64,000 bases of DNA. It comes from Hyphomonas sp. (GTDB taxonomy: Bacteria > Pseudomonadota > Alphaproteobacteria > Caulobacterales > Hyphomonadaceae). The stretch covers positions 58,279 to 122,278 of the forward strand of contig JBKBJF010000001.1 in assembly GCA_046293935.1 (NCBI GenBank), written 5' to 3'. The notes below the pieces were generated by a model. That model saw only the letters and a list, made by a program, of their open reading frames with translations. It was not told where the DNA came from and did not search any database. Position numbers and translations under genes: made by a program. Below, one piece after another: positions 20,032 through 29,325 of this stretch (position 1 is the first letter of the stretch; every line of letters begins with the position of its first letter).

Positions 20032-20562
20032 TCAGCCGGTGAAATCCGGCCAGTTGCGGTCCTTGTCCGACATCTCGGTCGGGGTAAGCGGCCAGGTGAT
20101 GCCGAAGGCAGGATCGTTCCAACGTACTCCGCCCTCGGCGGAAGGTGTGTATTTCGCAGAAACGAGATAGGTCACCTCGACATGATCGCTGACCGTCTGG
20201 AAACCATGTGCGAAGCCTTTCGGCACGAGCAGCTGGCGCTTGTTCTCATCGTTGAGTTCGAACGCTTCCCATTTCTTGTAGGTCGGCGAATTAGGGCGAA
20301 GGTCGATGATGATGTCGACGATCTCTCCACGCAGGCAGCGGATCAGCTTGTCCTCGCCATGGGGTGCGCGCTGGAAGTGCATGCCCCGCAGCGTACCCTT
20401 GCTGGCAGAATAGGACGTGTTCTGCTGCACGAATTGGATCGGCAGTCCGTGTGCAGAGAACTCGTCGACGCAGAAGGTACGGGCAAAGAAACCCCGGTCA
20501 TCGCCCCGGCGCTCGAGATCGATCAGCACGGCATCCTGCAAGGTGGTCGGATGGAATTTCAT
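20032..20562 (-). CDS. rfbC: NDP-4-keto-sugar 3,5-epimerase (RmlC family)
   Basis: DDRGFFAR, GTLRGMHFQ, VPKGFAHGFQ, WNDPAFGITWP, SDKD. Confidence 0.93.
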   Translation of the reverse strand: MKFHPTTLQDAVLIDLERRGDDRGFFARTFCVDEFSAHGLPIQFVQQNTSYSASKGTLRGMHFQRAPHGEDKLIRCLRGEIVDIIIDLRPNSPTYKKWEAFELNDENKRQLLVPKGFAHGFQTVSDHVEVTYLVSAKYTPSAEGGVRWNDPAFGITWPLTPTEMSDKDRNWPDFTG

Positions 20563-20566
20563 CGGA

Positions 20567-21343
20567 TCATTTCCCGGCTTTGAGCCAGGGCGCGCCCTTG
20601 GCAAAGGCCGCCTCCAGTACCTGCTTGTCGCGTACCGAGTCCATGGCCTGCCAGAACCCGTTATGGCGATAGGCTGCCAGGGCGTTCATCTCGACCAGCC
20701 GGTTCATCGGCTCCTGCTCCCACACGGTCGCGTCGCCATCCACCAGGTCGAAAACGTCTGGTTCGCACACGAAGAAGCCGCCATTGATCAGGCCGACATC
20801 CACCGAATCCTTTTCGCGGAAGGCCAGCACCCGGTCGGTGTCCGCAGAAAGGCCGAGCACGCCGAAGCGTCCGGGTGGCGACACCGCCGTCACCGTCGCC
20901 TTCGCGCCGGACCTGCGGTGGAAGTCGATCAGCGCCGTGATGTCGACATCAGACACTCCGTCGCCATAGGTCAGGCAGAAGGTTTCATTGCCGATCACAT
21001 GCCGCGCGCGCTTCAGCCTTCCGCCCGTCATCGTGTCGAGGCCAGTGTCCAGCACCGTGACCTTCCAGGGCAGCGCCTGATTGTCCGACCACAGGATATC
21101 GCCAGTGGCGAGGTCGATGGTGAAGTCGCTCTTGCGCCAGTGATAGTTCAGGAAATAGTCCTTGATGAACCCGACCTTGTAGCCGCCGAGCACCACGAAG
21201 TCGGTAATTCCATGGGCTGCATACATCTCCATGATGTGATGCAGGATCGGCCGGTCGCCGATCTCGACCATCGGTTTTGGCCGCAGAGCCGTCTCCTCGC
21301 TCAGTCGGGTGCCGAAACCACCCGCAAAGATCACCGCTTTCAC
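20567..21343 (-). CDS. rfbF: Glucose-1-phosphate cytidylyltransferase
   Basis: AGGFGTRLSEET, PKPMVEIG, TMTGGRLKR, TYGDGVSD, GFWQAMD. Confidence 0.95.
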   Translation of the reverse strand: MKAVIFAGGFGTRLSEETALRPKPMVEIGDRPILHHIMEMYAAHGITDFVVLGGYKVGFIKDYFLNYHWRKSDFTIDLATGDILWSDNQALPWKVTVLDTGLDTMTGGRLKRARHVIGNETFCLTYGDGVSDVDITALIDFHRRSGAKATVTAVSPPGRFGVLGLSADTDRVLAFREKDSVDVGLINGGFFVCEPDVFDLVDGDATVWEQEPMNRLVEMNALAAYRHNGFWQAMDSVRDKQVLEAAFAKGAPWLKAGK

Positions 21344-21429
21344 GTAAGTCCCCGTGTTGCATGCTTAACCGTGCCGGAACGGGATAACCGGTCCGCCCTG
21401 CACGATGCTGAACGGCAAGCCTGCATCGG

Positions 21430-22065
21430 CTATGCCAGCGCGAGCAGGCGCTTTGCAATGCCCTCGATCCTGGCCCAGTCGCCGGCGGCAATATCTGCCT
21501 GGCTGGCGATCCACGAGCCGCCGATGGCGAACACGTTGGGCAACTTCAGATAGGTCTTCACCTCTTCTTCGCTGATCCCGCCGGTCGGCATGAAGTTCAG
21601 GTGTGGCAGCGGCCCGCTCAGGGCCTTCAGAGCAGGCGCCCCACCGGCGATCGAGGCCGGGAAAAGTTTCAGGCGCAAAAAGCCTTCCTCATGCCGCGCC
21701 ATTGCCTCGCTGGCCGTCATGATGCCGGGGATCATCAGGCTCTCACGCCCGTTGAGGGCGTCCCTCAGACCTGGCGACATGCCGGGCGAGACCAGGAATT
21801 CCGCTCCTGCCTCCAGCGCCGCATCCACGTCCTTGCCGGTGAGCACCGTGCCCGCACCCACCAGCAGCTCCGGCGCCTCGGCCTTCATGGCGGCGATCGC
21901 GGCAATCCCGGCAGGCGTTCGCAGGGTGACTTCCGCGATGGTGATTCCGGCCCTGACCAGCGCGCGGGCAAGGGGGGCCGCCTGCCGGGCCTCGTCCAGC
22001 ACGATCACCGGAACCACTGGCGCCTTGCGCGCGGCGGCGTCGAGTTTCTGGATCATCTCGGCCAT
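21430..22065 (-). CDS. eda: KDPG/KHG aldolase
   Basis: EVTLRTP, VGAGTVL, FLVSPG, LKLFPA, FMPTGGI, GGSW. Confidence 0.95.
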   Translation of the reverse strand: MAEMIQKLDAAARKAPVVPVIVLDEARQAAPLARALVRAGITIAEVTLRTPAGIAAIAAMKAEAPELLVGAGTVLTGKDVDAALEAGAEFLVSPGMSPGLRDALNGRESLMIPGIMTASEAMARHEEGFLRLKLFPASIAGGAPALKALSGPLPHLNFMPTGGISEEEVKTYLKLPNVFAIGGSWIASQADIAAGDWARIEGIAKRLLALA

Positions 22066-22179
22066 CGGCAAGTCTCTTCCCTGCAACGCGCCGCCCGTCC
22101 GGGCGTGTCAACGTTGTAGTGGCCTGCACTGCGAAAAATGACAAGGCTGCGCAGCGCGGCCCGGTCTTTCGAAAAAGCG

Positions 22180-22812
22180 TCAGGCGGCCTTCTGGCTGGC
22201 GGATCGCTCTGCCGACCGGTCGAGCACGCCGGGCCTGTCCCAATCCCCTTCAGGGCGGATGATCTGCAAGGGGTCAGACCGGATGGTCAGCGCGTGGGGG
22301 TGGGGCGCGATCGGGATTTCCATTTCGCAATAATCGAAGTCTGAAAAGTCGAACGGCGAACGTCCCTCTACCAGCCGGCACCGGAACACCCGGTTCCACA
22401 CCGGCCAGAGCCTTGCCTGGATCTGCGCCAGCGCCACCCGGTAGCCCTTGCGCGAGATCACTTCGCAGGTTTCCGCCATCAGCACTTTCAGCGCCGGAGT
22501 CCCCCGGAAGGCTGGCAGGATGGTGGAGCGCTCGATCTTCGCAAAACCGGCGAACCAGCGCACCCGGCATGTGCCGGCAGGCGTCTGGCCCGCCTTGACG
22601 AGGAAATGCGTGCATGAAAAGTCATTGCCGTCATATTCCTCTTCATACGGACAATCCTGCTCCGCCATGTAGACGGCGGCCCGAATGGCGATGACCTTCT
22701 GGTATTCCTCAAGTGTCCGCACCGGCCCGGCCGAACAGGCCTCCAGCATCGCCGGCTCCAGAGGCCTGGCCAGTGACAGTTCACCGAAATCCGGGCGGGG
22801 CTTCGGCATCAT
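22180..22812 (-). CDS. GNAT-fold acyltransferase
   Basis: IRAAVYMAEQDCPYEEEYDGND, THFL, GTCRVRW, AKIER, PAFRG. ATGA overlap with the upstream gene. Confidence 0.8.
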   Translation of the reverse strand: MMPKPRPDFGELSLARPLEPAMLEACSAGPVRTLEEYQKVIAIRAAVYMAEQDCPYEEEYDGNDFSCTHFLVKAGQTPAGTCRVRWFAGFAKIERSTILPAFRGTPALKVLMAETCEVISRKGYRVALAQIQARLWPVWNRVFRCRLVEGRSPFDFSDFDYCEMEIPIAPHPHALTIRSDPLQIIRPEGDWDRPGVLDRSAERSASQKAA

Positions 22813-23372
22813 GCAGCCTGCTCCTGCACCACGAGCGGCGCCTGACCCCACAGGTCCGGCAAGCCACCCTCCAGGGGCGAGAAGCCGAGAGAGGCCATCG
22901 AGCGCCTGCCGTCTTCCGTCGCCCCGCGCGCAAACACGGGCACGGCTGCAAAGAACTCTACCCGCGTGGTCCCTGCAGCCATCATCACTTGACGGCGCGC
23001 GTCCTTCGTCGCACCCGCATAGACGCCAATATAGATGCCCGCACAGGCCTCGTCCTTAGCGGCCAGATGTGCCAGCGCCGGCCAGGCCGGAACGAAACGG
23101 CCATCCCGTACGGCGTCAACCCCCGCCCCGCTGAGCGGCACCGTTATGAACACCCCGTCCACCGGATCGCCCCTCACCCAGCCCGCCATGCCAGTCAGGC
23201 TGTCGATCCAGAGAATGGATGCGGCCGTCGCCATCACCTGCCCCGTCAGGGCTTCTGCGAGTGCCATGCCGGCCTCAAGCTCGGCATAGCTGGCGCGCCG
23301 GAAGCCAAAATCTGCGGACCTACGAGTCAGCCCGGCATAATCAATCCTGACCTGGGGAAAAGTATCCGGCAT
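22809..23372 (-). CDS. Hypothetical protein, possibly a divergent GNAT fold
   Basis: Clean ORF coupled to the GNAT gene. C-terminal FARGATEDGRRSMASLGF resembles GNAT motif B. Confidence 0.7.
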   Translation of the reverse strand: MPDTFPQVRIDYAGLTRRSADFGFRRASYAELEAGMALAEALTGQVMATAASILWIDSLTGMAGWVRGDPVDGVFITVPLSGAGVDAVRDGRFVPAWPALAHLAAKDEACAGIYIGVYAGATKDARRQVMMAAGTTRVEFFAAVPVFARGATEDGRRSMASLGFSPLEGGLPDLWGQAPLVVQEQAA

Positions 23373-23473
23373 CGTGCGTTCCCAGAACACAATCCGTGTG
23401 TGTGTCCGAAACGATCTTTCTCACAATTCCGACGAGTATTCAAGTCCTAAATCGCGCAGCGGTTGTATCACTC

Positions 23474-24520
23474 TCAGGCCACCAGACCCTGCAACTCCGC
23501 CGCGCTCTGCCGCGCCTGCTCCGGCGAGCCGAAGAGCTGCCGGTTCACGCCGATGCGCTTGAACCAGTAGTGCAGGCCGACGAGATCGGTGAAGCCCATG
23601 CCGCCATGCACTTCGGTCGCCGTGCGGGCCACGAAGGTGCCCACTTCGGCAAGATGCGCCTTGGCGAGATGCGCCATCATCGGGCCTTCGCCATCGCCAA
23701 TATCCAGCGCATGGGCGGCATGCCAGACAAGGGCGCGGCACGGCTCCAGCTTCGCCGCCATTTCGGCGCACATGTGCTTCACTGCCTGGAACGACCCGAT
23801 CACCCGGCCGAACTGCTGGCGCTCACCGGCATAGGTCACGGCCTTGTCGATCATCGCCTGCGCGGCGCCCAGCGTGTCGGCCGCCACGAGCAGCCGTGCA
23901 AAGGCCAGAACGCCTGCTTCCGGCTTCAAGCTCGCCAGGGATTTTGCGTCCCTGAACGTTACCTCATGGAAGCTCCGGGTACGGTCGATCGTCTGCATCT
24001 GCCGGATCGTCAGCCCCCTGACCTCTACCACATGCAATGTGCCATCCGTATCGGCGGCAAGCACATGGCTGGCCCTATCCAGACTAATGGCCAACAACGA
24101 TGTGCCGGACAGCCCTCCGCCCGTCAGCGCCACACCTGCCCCATCCCGGCGCGAGACCAGTTCTGTCAGCGCCAGACCGAACGTCACCTCGCCGGCAGCA
24201 ATCCTGCCGGGCAGATCTCCCTCGCCGTCGAGCGCTTTGGCAGCAACGGCAGAGGCCAGGAAGCGGGAGGGTGCGATGGCATAACCCAGCGCCTCCTGAA
24301 CCACCACCGCGTCCAGCGCGCCCAGCCCCAGCCCGCCCGCGCCTTCCGGCACCATCAGCCCAAAAAGTCCGAAATCCGCGAGCGCCGCGTCAAGCGTCTC
24401 TGCCTCTGCCGCTTCGCCAGCCGCAATCTTCCGTATACGGTCCAGAGAAGCGGCGCCTGACAACACCCCCTTCAGGCTGTCCTGCAACAGGCGCTGGTCT
24501 TCAGAAAGAGCGAATTCCAT
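23474..24520 (-). CDS. Acyl-CoA dehydrogenase, short partner subunit
   Basis: YAGERQQFGRVIGSFQAVKH, VHGGMGFT; 348 aa. Confidence 0.9.
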   Translation of the reverse strand: MEFALSEDQRLLQDSLKGVLSGAASLDRIRKIAAGEAAEAETLDAALADFGLFGLMVPEGAGGLGLGALDAVVVQEALGYAIAPSRFLASAVAAKALDGEGDLPGRIAAGEVTFGLALTELVSRRDGAGVALTGGGLSGTSLLAISLDRASHVLAADTDGTLHVVEVRGLTIRQMQTIDRTRSFHEVTFRDAKSLASLKPEAGVLAFARLLVAADTLGAAQAMIDKAVTYAGERQQFGRVIGSFQAVKHMCAEMAAKLEPCRALVWHAAHALDIGDGEGPMMAHLAKAHLAEVGTFVARTATEVHGGMGFTDLVGLHYWFKRIGVNRQLFGSPEQARQSAAELQGLVA

Positions 24521-24525
24521 CGGCC

Positions 24526-25719
24526 TTATCCCTTTGCCAGCTTCGGTTCGCGCGGCATGCCGAGGCCGCGCTCTGCAATGATATTCTTCTGGATCTGCGC
24601 GGTCCCGCCGCCAATGATCAGGCCCAGATCATACATGTAGCGCCACTGCCAGCTTCCGCCGGACCGCAGGTGCTCGCCATCCTCATACAGGATGCCCAGC
24701 TCGCCCAGCGCATCGATGGCAAGGCGCGCAATCTCGTGGTTCAGGTCACAGCCATTCAGCTTCACGATGAGGCCCGCAAGCCCGGCGCCCTCGCCCTTCA
24801 GGCGGCTGGTCATGATCCGCAGGCCGTTCGCCTGCATTGCATAAACCTCTGCCTGAAGCCGGATCAGCCGGTCACGCAGCAGCGGATTGTCGATCAGGCG
24901 CTGGCCGTTCACGGATTCCGTCTTCATCAGCTCGACCAGCTCCAGGAACCGCGCCTTGGTGGCATTCGGATCGCCCAGCATCCCGCGCTCATGCGTCAGT
25001 GTGGCGTTCGCCACATACCAGCCCATGTTCGGCTGTCCGATCACACCGCTCTTCGGCACGCGGACATTGGTGAAGAACACTTCGTTGAAGTTTGCCGTTC
25101 CGGTCATGTCGACCAGCGGGCGCACCTCAATGCCCGGCGTAGACATCGGGAAGGTGATGTAGGTGATGCCCTCATGCTTCTTTGCGGCGGGATCGGTGCG
25201 CACGAGGCAGAACATCATGTCCGCCTGTTTCGCCGTCGAGGTCCAGATCTTAGAGCCGTTGATGATGTAGTGGTCGCCGTCTTCCACGGCCGAGGTGCGC
25301 AGCGCCGCGAGGTCTGATCCCGCGCCGGGCTCCGAATACCCTTGGCACCAGATCATCTCGCCCTGAATGGTCGGGCGGATATAGGCCTGTTTCTGTTCCT
25401 CGGTGCCCAGTTCCAGCAAGGTCGGCACGAACATGGAGATGCCCTGCCCGGCCATCGGTCCGGGAATCCGCGTACGGGCAAATTCCTCGGCGATGATGCG
25501 GGCCTTCAGGATATCCGGCGCGGCGCCGTAGCCGCCATAGGCCTTGGGAATGGTGCGTGCCGCCAGGCCATGCTCGATCAGCAGCTTCTGCCAGGCAATA
25601 CGCTTCGTGTTCTTGTAGCCCTTGTCGTCCGCTGTCGGGGCAAGATGCCGGTTTTTCGCCAGCGTCTCGGAGACTTCGGCGCGAAAGGCTTCGTATTCGG
25701 GGTCGAGTGTCAGTTTCAT
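24526..25719 (-). CDS. Acyl-CoA dehydrogenase
   Basis: WCQGYSEPGAGSDLA, NGSKIWTS, FNEVFF, LTHERG, IGGGTAQIQKNIIAERGLGMP. Confidence 0.92.
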   Translation of the reverse strand: MKLTLDPEYEAFRAEVSETLAKNRHLAPTADDKGYKNTKRIAWQKLLIEHGLAARTIPKAYGGYGAAPDILKARIIAEEFARTRIPGPMAGQGISMFVPTLLELGTEEQKQAYIRPTIQGEMIWCQGYSEPGAGSDLAALRTSAVEDGDHYIINGSKIWTSTAKQADMMFCLVRTDPAAKKHEGITYITFPMSTPGIEVRPLVDMTGTANFNEVFFTNVRVPKSGVIGQPNMGWYVANATLTHERGMLGDPNATKARFLELVELMKTESVNGQRLIDNPLLRDRLIRLQAEVYAMQANGLRIMTSRLKGEGAGLAGLIVKLNGCDLNHEIARLAIDALGELGILYEDGEHLRSGGSWQWRYMYDLGLIIGGGTAQIQKNIIAERGLGMPREPKLAKG

Positions 25720-25826
25720 GCGTTCAGGGTGGCCGCCTTGCCCCAACGTCCGGCAAGAGGGGCGCTTGCGCGACGTTGCGGAAAGCCTCTTAGCTCAGTC
25801 CACAAAACCTGAGGGAGACTGCACCC

Positions 25827-26591
25827 ATGCCCGTCGAATACGTCAAGAAAGGCAATGTCGCCATCATCACCATGAACCGCCCCGAGGCGCGCAACGCCAT
25901 CAATGGCGAAATGGCCCAGACGATGGAAGCCGCCCTCGACCAGATGGAAAACGATCCCGAAGTCTGGGTCGGCATCCTCACCGCCGTCGGCAAGGCCTTC
26001 TGCGCGGGCGCAGACCTGAAGGAAATCTCCGCTGGCAATGGCGGCGCGCTCTCCACGAAGAAAGGCGGCTTCGCCGGCATCGCCCGGCGCGAGCGCACCA
26101 AGCCCCTGATCGCTGCGATCACTGGCTCGGCCCTCGCGGGAGGCACCGAGATCGCCCTCTCCTGCGACATGATCATCGCCGCCGACGACACCAATTTCGG
26201 CCTGCCGGAAGTCAAGCGCTCGCTTGTGGCCGGCGCCGGTGGCCTGTTCCGGCTGCCGCGCATGGTCGGCCGGGCGGTCGCGCTCGAAGCCATCCTGACC
26301 GGCGACCCGCTGTCGTCGCAGCGCGCCTACGAACTCGGCATGGTGAACAAGGTCGTGCCCGAGGCCCAGGTGATGGATGAGGCGATGAAACTCGCCGCCC
26401 GGATCACCGCCAACGCCCCGCTCGCCGTGAAGGCCAGCCGCGCTGTAGCGATGAACGCGACGGTCAAGAGCGATGACGAACTCTGGAAGGACTCCGCCGC
26501 CGCCTTCGCCGGTATCGTCGGCACCGAAGACTACAAGGAAGGCCCGCGTGCCTTCATCGAGAAGCGGGCGCCGGTCTGGAAAGGCAAGTGA
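25827..26591 (+). CDS. Enoyl-CoA hydratase / crotonase
   Basis: NRPEARNAI, AFCAGADL, ALAGGTEI, FGLPEVK. Confidence 0.93.
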   Translation: MPVEYVKKGNVAIITMNRPEARNAINGEMAQTMEAALDQMENDPEVWVGILTAVGKAFCAGADLKEISAGNGGALSTKKGGFAGIARRERTKPLIAAITGSALAGGTEIALSCDMIIAADDTNFGLPEVKRSLVAGAGGLFRLPRMVGRAVALEAILTGDPLSSQRAYELGMVNKVVPEAQVMDEAMKLAARITANAPLAVKASRAVAMNATVKSDDELWKDSAAAFAGIVGTEDYKEGPRAFIEKRAPVWKGK

Positions 26592-26610
26592 TCCTTCCCC
26601 GGCAAACAGA

Positions 26611-26640
26611 CTGCGGCCACTCTGGCAGGAGTGGCCGCAG
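26611..26640. terminator. Stem-loop between convergent genes, likely terminator
   Basis: CTGCGGCCACTC-TGGCAG-GAGTGGCCGCAG, a perfect 12-bp stem; no clear U-tract. Confidence 0.6.
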
Positions 26641-26669
26641 CCGCAGTGTATCCCGCTTGAAAAGGCCGG

Positions 26670-27002
26670 TCAGGCCGCAGCGCTGATATCGCCCGTGGAG
26701 GCGTAGAGCGAACCGTAGATCACGTCTTCAGGGAACTCGGCCATACGCGCGATGATGTCCTTGCACTCGGCTTCGCCTTCGGCGTCTTCCCAGGTCATCG
26801 CGGAGGCCTCGCAGATCCACTCGGCTTCGATCAGGCCATAGCCTTCCTCATCGAAAGACTCTTCGATCTTGGCCATCGCATCGTCTTCGTTCGAGGCATA
26901 GACGCCGACGATCAGCGAAGCGCGCTCCAGGCCCTCGAGAGCGCCATCGCTCCCCTCACCGCACAGCACTTCGCAGGACACCAGATAAGCAGTTTGCGAC
27001 AC
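26670..27002 (-). CDS. Small, highly acidic hypothetical protein
   Basis: GGAG RBS before GTG; 110 aa; 26 D/E versus 4 K/R by hand count. Confidence 0.75.
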   Translation of the reverse strand: MSQTAYLVSCEVLCGEGSDGALEGLERASLIVGVYASNEDDAMAKIEESFDEEGYGLIEAEWICEASAMTWEDAEGEAECKDIIARMAEFPEDVIYGSLYASTGDISAAA

Positions 27003-27165
27003 AGGTCATCTCCGTAATTGTTCGCACGACTTCAGCCTCCGGCATCCCGGCGGCACAGCGGTCACGAAACACAAATGCCTGTGTCCAGCGGCCAGGCTGA
27101 TGGCCAGGCTGGCTCCTTGGTCAAGCTTCTTGCTTCGTGATCAGGTGGAAATTTGCGGAAGTTGA

Positions 27166-27181
27166 TTAAGAACCTGCTAAC
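27166..27181. promoter_or_regulatory. CtrA-box-like site
   Basis: TTAA-GAACCTG-CTAAC, one mismatch to TTAA-N7-TTAAC, upstream of 26670-27002. Confidence 0.55.
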
Positions 27182-27203
27182 ACTTTCGGCAGGGCCAGAA
27201 GAT

Positions 27204-27956
27204 TTAATCCTCCCGCACAATGCGCGCCTTTCCCCGCCCCAGGGTGAGCGCCTTGATGGCGCCGCGGAAGGTGCGCACTTCCTGTTCGGTCCACTGGGCG
27301 CGGATCAGGGCGTTACGCAGATTGGTGATCATCACCGGCGTCTTTTCCGGCGGATAGAAATACCCGGCGCGCTCAAGCTCAGCCTCGAAATGTTCGAACA
27401 TGCCGATCAGGTCCGTGCGGCGGGCCGGCGGGCCGACGCCCTCCGCCTTGCCCTCGAACTTGCCGCCCAGCCCCGCATCCGCCCCCCACTGGTGGCAGAA
27501 CACGCCGACCGCCTGGGCGAGGTTGAGCGACCAGAATGCCGGGTTCACCGGATAGGTCAGGATGGCATCGCACAGCGCCACAGCCTCGTTCGGCAGGCCG
27601 GACTTTTCCCCTCCGAACAGAACGCCCGCCTTGCCCGGCCGGCCCCGCACCGCGGCAATGGCGCCGGGAGCATCGAAAACCGGCTTTTCCATGCCACGCG
27701 GGCGGGCTGTCGTGGCGATGGCATAGGTCAGGTCCGCCATCGCCGCCTCCAGAGTCTCGAACACCTGAACCTGCACCCCCTGCCCCAGCGCACCGGCCGA
27801 CATCGCCTCTGCCGTCGCACTCGGCCAGCCGTCACGGGGTTGCACGAGCCGCAGGTCCGTCAGCCCGAAATTCAGCATCACACGGGCCGCCGCGCCGATA
27901 TTCTCGCCCAGCTGGGGGGCATGCAGGAGGATGGCGGGAGCGTGGGGGTCGGCCAT
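27204..27956 (-). CDS. trmJ: TrmJ/TrmH-family tRNA methyltransferase
   Basis: PQLGENIGAAARVMLNFG, ATTARPR, LFGGEKSGL, SLNLAQAV. True start is the ATG at 27956. Confidence 0.9.
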   Translation of the reverse strand: MADPHAPAILLHAPQLGENIGAAARVMLNFGLTDLRLVQPRDGWPSATAEAMSAGALGQGVQVQVFETLEAAMADLTYAIATTARPRGMEKPVFDAPGAIAAVRGRPGKAGVLFGGEKSGLPNEAVALCDAILTYPVNPAFWSLNLAQAVGVFCHQWGADAGLGGKFEGKAEGVGPPARRTDLIGMFEHFEAELERAGYFYPPEKTPVMITNLRNALIRAQWTEQEVRTFRGAIKALTLGRGKARIVRED

Positions 27957-28034
27957 GTCTGTATCCGGTTTTGACGGGCGCGCGGCGTCTGCTATAGGCC
28001 GGGCCAACCCGTTACAGCGCAAGGATTCCAAAAC

Positions 28035-29252
28035 ATGGCGAAGATCAAGGTCAAAAACCCGGTTGTCGATATGGACGGTGACGAGATGACCCGGATCATC
28101 TGGCAGATCATCAAGGACAAACTGATCTTCCCTTATCTCGACATCGACCTGAAATACTATGACCTGTCGATCCAGAGCCGGGATGCGACCGACGACCAGA
28201 TAACCATCGACGCTGCGGAAGCCACCAAGAAGTACGGCGTCGCCGTCAAGTGTGCAACGATCACACCGGATGAAGCCCGGGTCGAGGAATTCGGCCTGAA
28301 GAAGATGTGGAAGAGCCCCAACGGCACCATCCGCAACATCCTGGGCGGCGTGGTGTTCCGCGAGCCGATCGTCATCTCCAACATCCCGCGCCTGGTGCCG
28401 GGCTGGACCAAGCCGGTGATCATCGGCCGCCATGCCTTCGGCGACCAGTACCGCGCCACCGACTTCCTGATCCCCGGCAAGGGCAAGCTGACGATGAAGT
28501 TCGAAGGCGCCGACGGCAAGGTGATCGAGAAGGAAGTGTTCGACTTCCCCGGCGCCGGCATCGCCATGGGCATGTACAACCTTGACGAGTCGATCCGCGA
28601 CTTTGCCCGTGCCTGCTTCAATTACGGCCTGCAGCGCCAGCTGCCGGTCTACCTGTCCACCAAGAACACGATCCTGAAAGCCTATGACGGCCGCTTCAAG
28701 GACATCTTCCAGGAACTCTGGGATACCGAGTTCGCTGCCAAGTTCGCGGCGTTCAAGGGCACTTACGAACACCGGCTGATCGACGATATGGTGGCCGCGT
28801 GCATGAAGTGGTCCGGCGGCTATGTCTGGGCGTGCAAGAACTATGACGGCGATGTGCAGTCCGACACCGTGGCGCAGGGGTATGGCTCGCTTGGCCTGAT
28901 GACCTCAGTGCTGCTGTCGCCGGATGGCAACACGGTCGAGGCCGAAGCTGCGCATGGCACCGTGACCCGTCACTACCGCAATCACCAGAAGGGCGAGGCG
29001 ACCTCGACCAACTCGATCGCCTCGATCTTTGCCTGGACGCAGGGCCTCGACCATCGCGGCCGCATGGATGGCACGCCCGAGGTGCGCAAGTTCGCCCAGA
29101 CGCTGGAGAAGGTCGTGATCCAGACGGTCGAGCGCGGCCACATGACGAAGGACCTGGCGCTGCTGGTCGGCCCGGACCAGGGCTACCTGACGACCGAAGG
29201 CTTCATTGAGAAGGTCGCACAGAACTTCGAAGCCGAAATGGCGAAAGGCTGA
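28035..29252 (+). CDS. icd: NADP-dependent isocitrate dehydrogenase
   Basis: [47 protein letters not shown]. Confidence 0.98.
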   Translation: MAKIKVKNPVVDMDGDEMTRIIWQIIKDKLIFPYLDIDLKYYDLSIQSRDATDDQITIDAAEATKKYGVAVKCATITPDEARVEEFGLKKMWKSPNGTIRNILGGVVFREPIVISNIPRLVPGWTKPVIIGRHAFGDQYRATDFLIPGKGKLTMKFEGADGKVIEKEVFDFPGAGIAMGMYNLDESIRDFARACFNYGLQRQLPVYLSTKNTILKAYDGRFKDIFQELWDTEFAAKFAAFKGTYEHRLIDDMVAACMKWSGGYVWACKNYDGDVQSDTVAQGYGSLGLMTSVLLSPDGNTVEAEAAHGTVTRHYRNHQKGEATSTNSIASIFAWTQGLDHRGRMDGTPEVRKFAQTLEKVVIQTVERGHMTKDLALLVGPDQGYLTTEGFIEKVAQNFEAEMAKG

Positions 29253-29325
29253 GCCTGAGCCGGTTTCCTGTCCCGCGCACCCCGGCAAGAGCCGGGGGCC
29301 GGCCTGACCGGCAAGGGGGCGGAGC

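Noticed and set aside
27957-28772. N-terminal extension of the 522-aa track ORF, an apparent fusion to TrmJ
   Set aside because: It is the antisense shadow of icd running in frame into trmJ. The real start is 27956.
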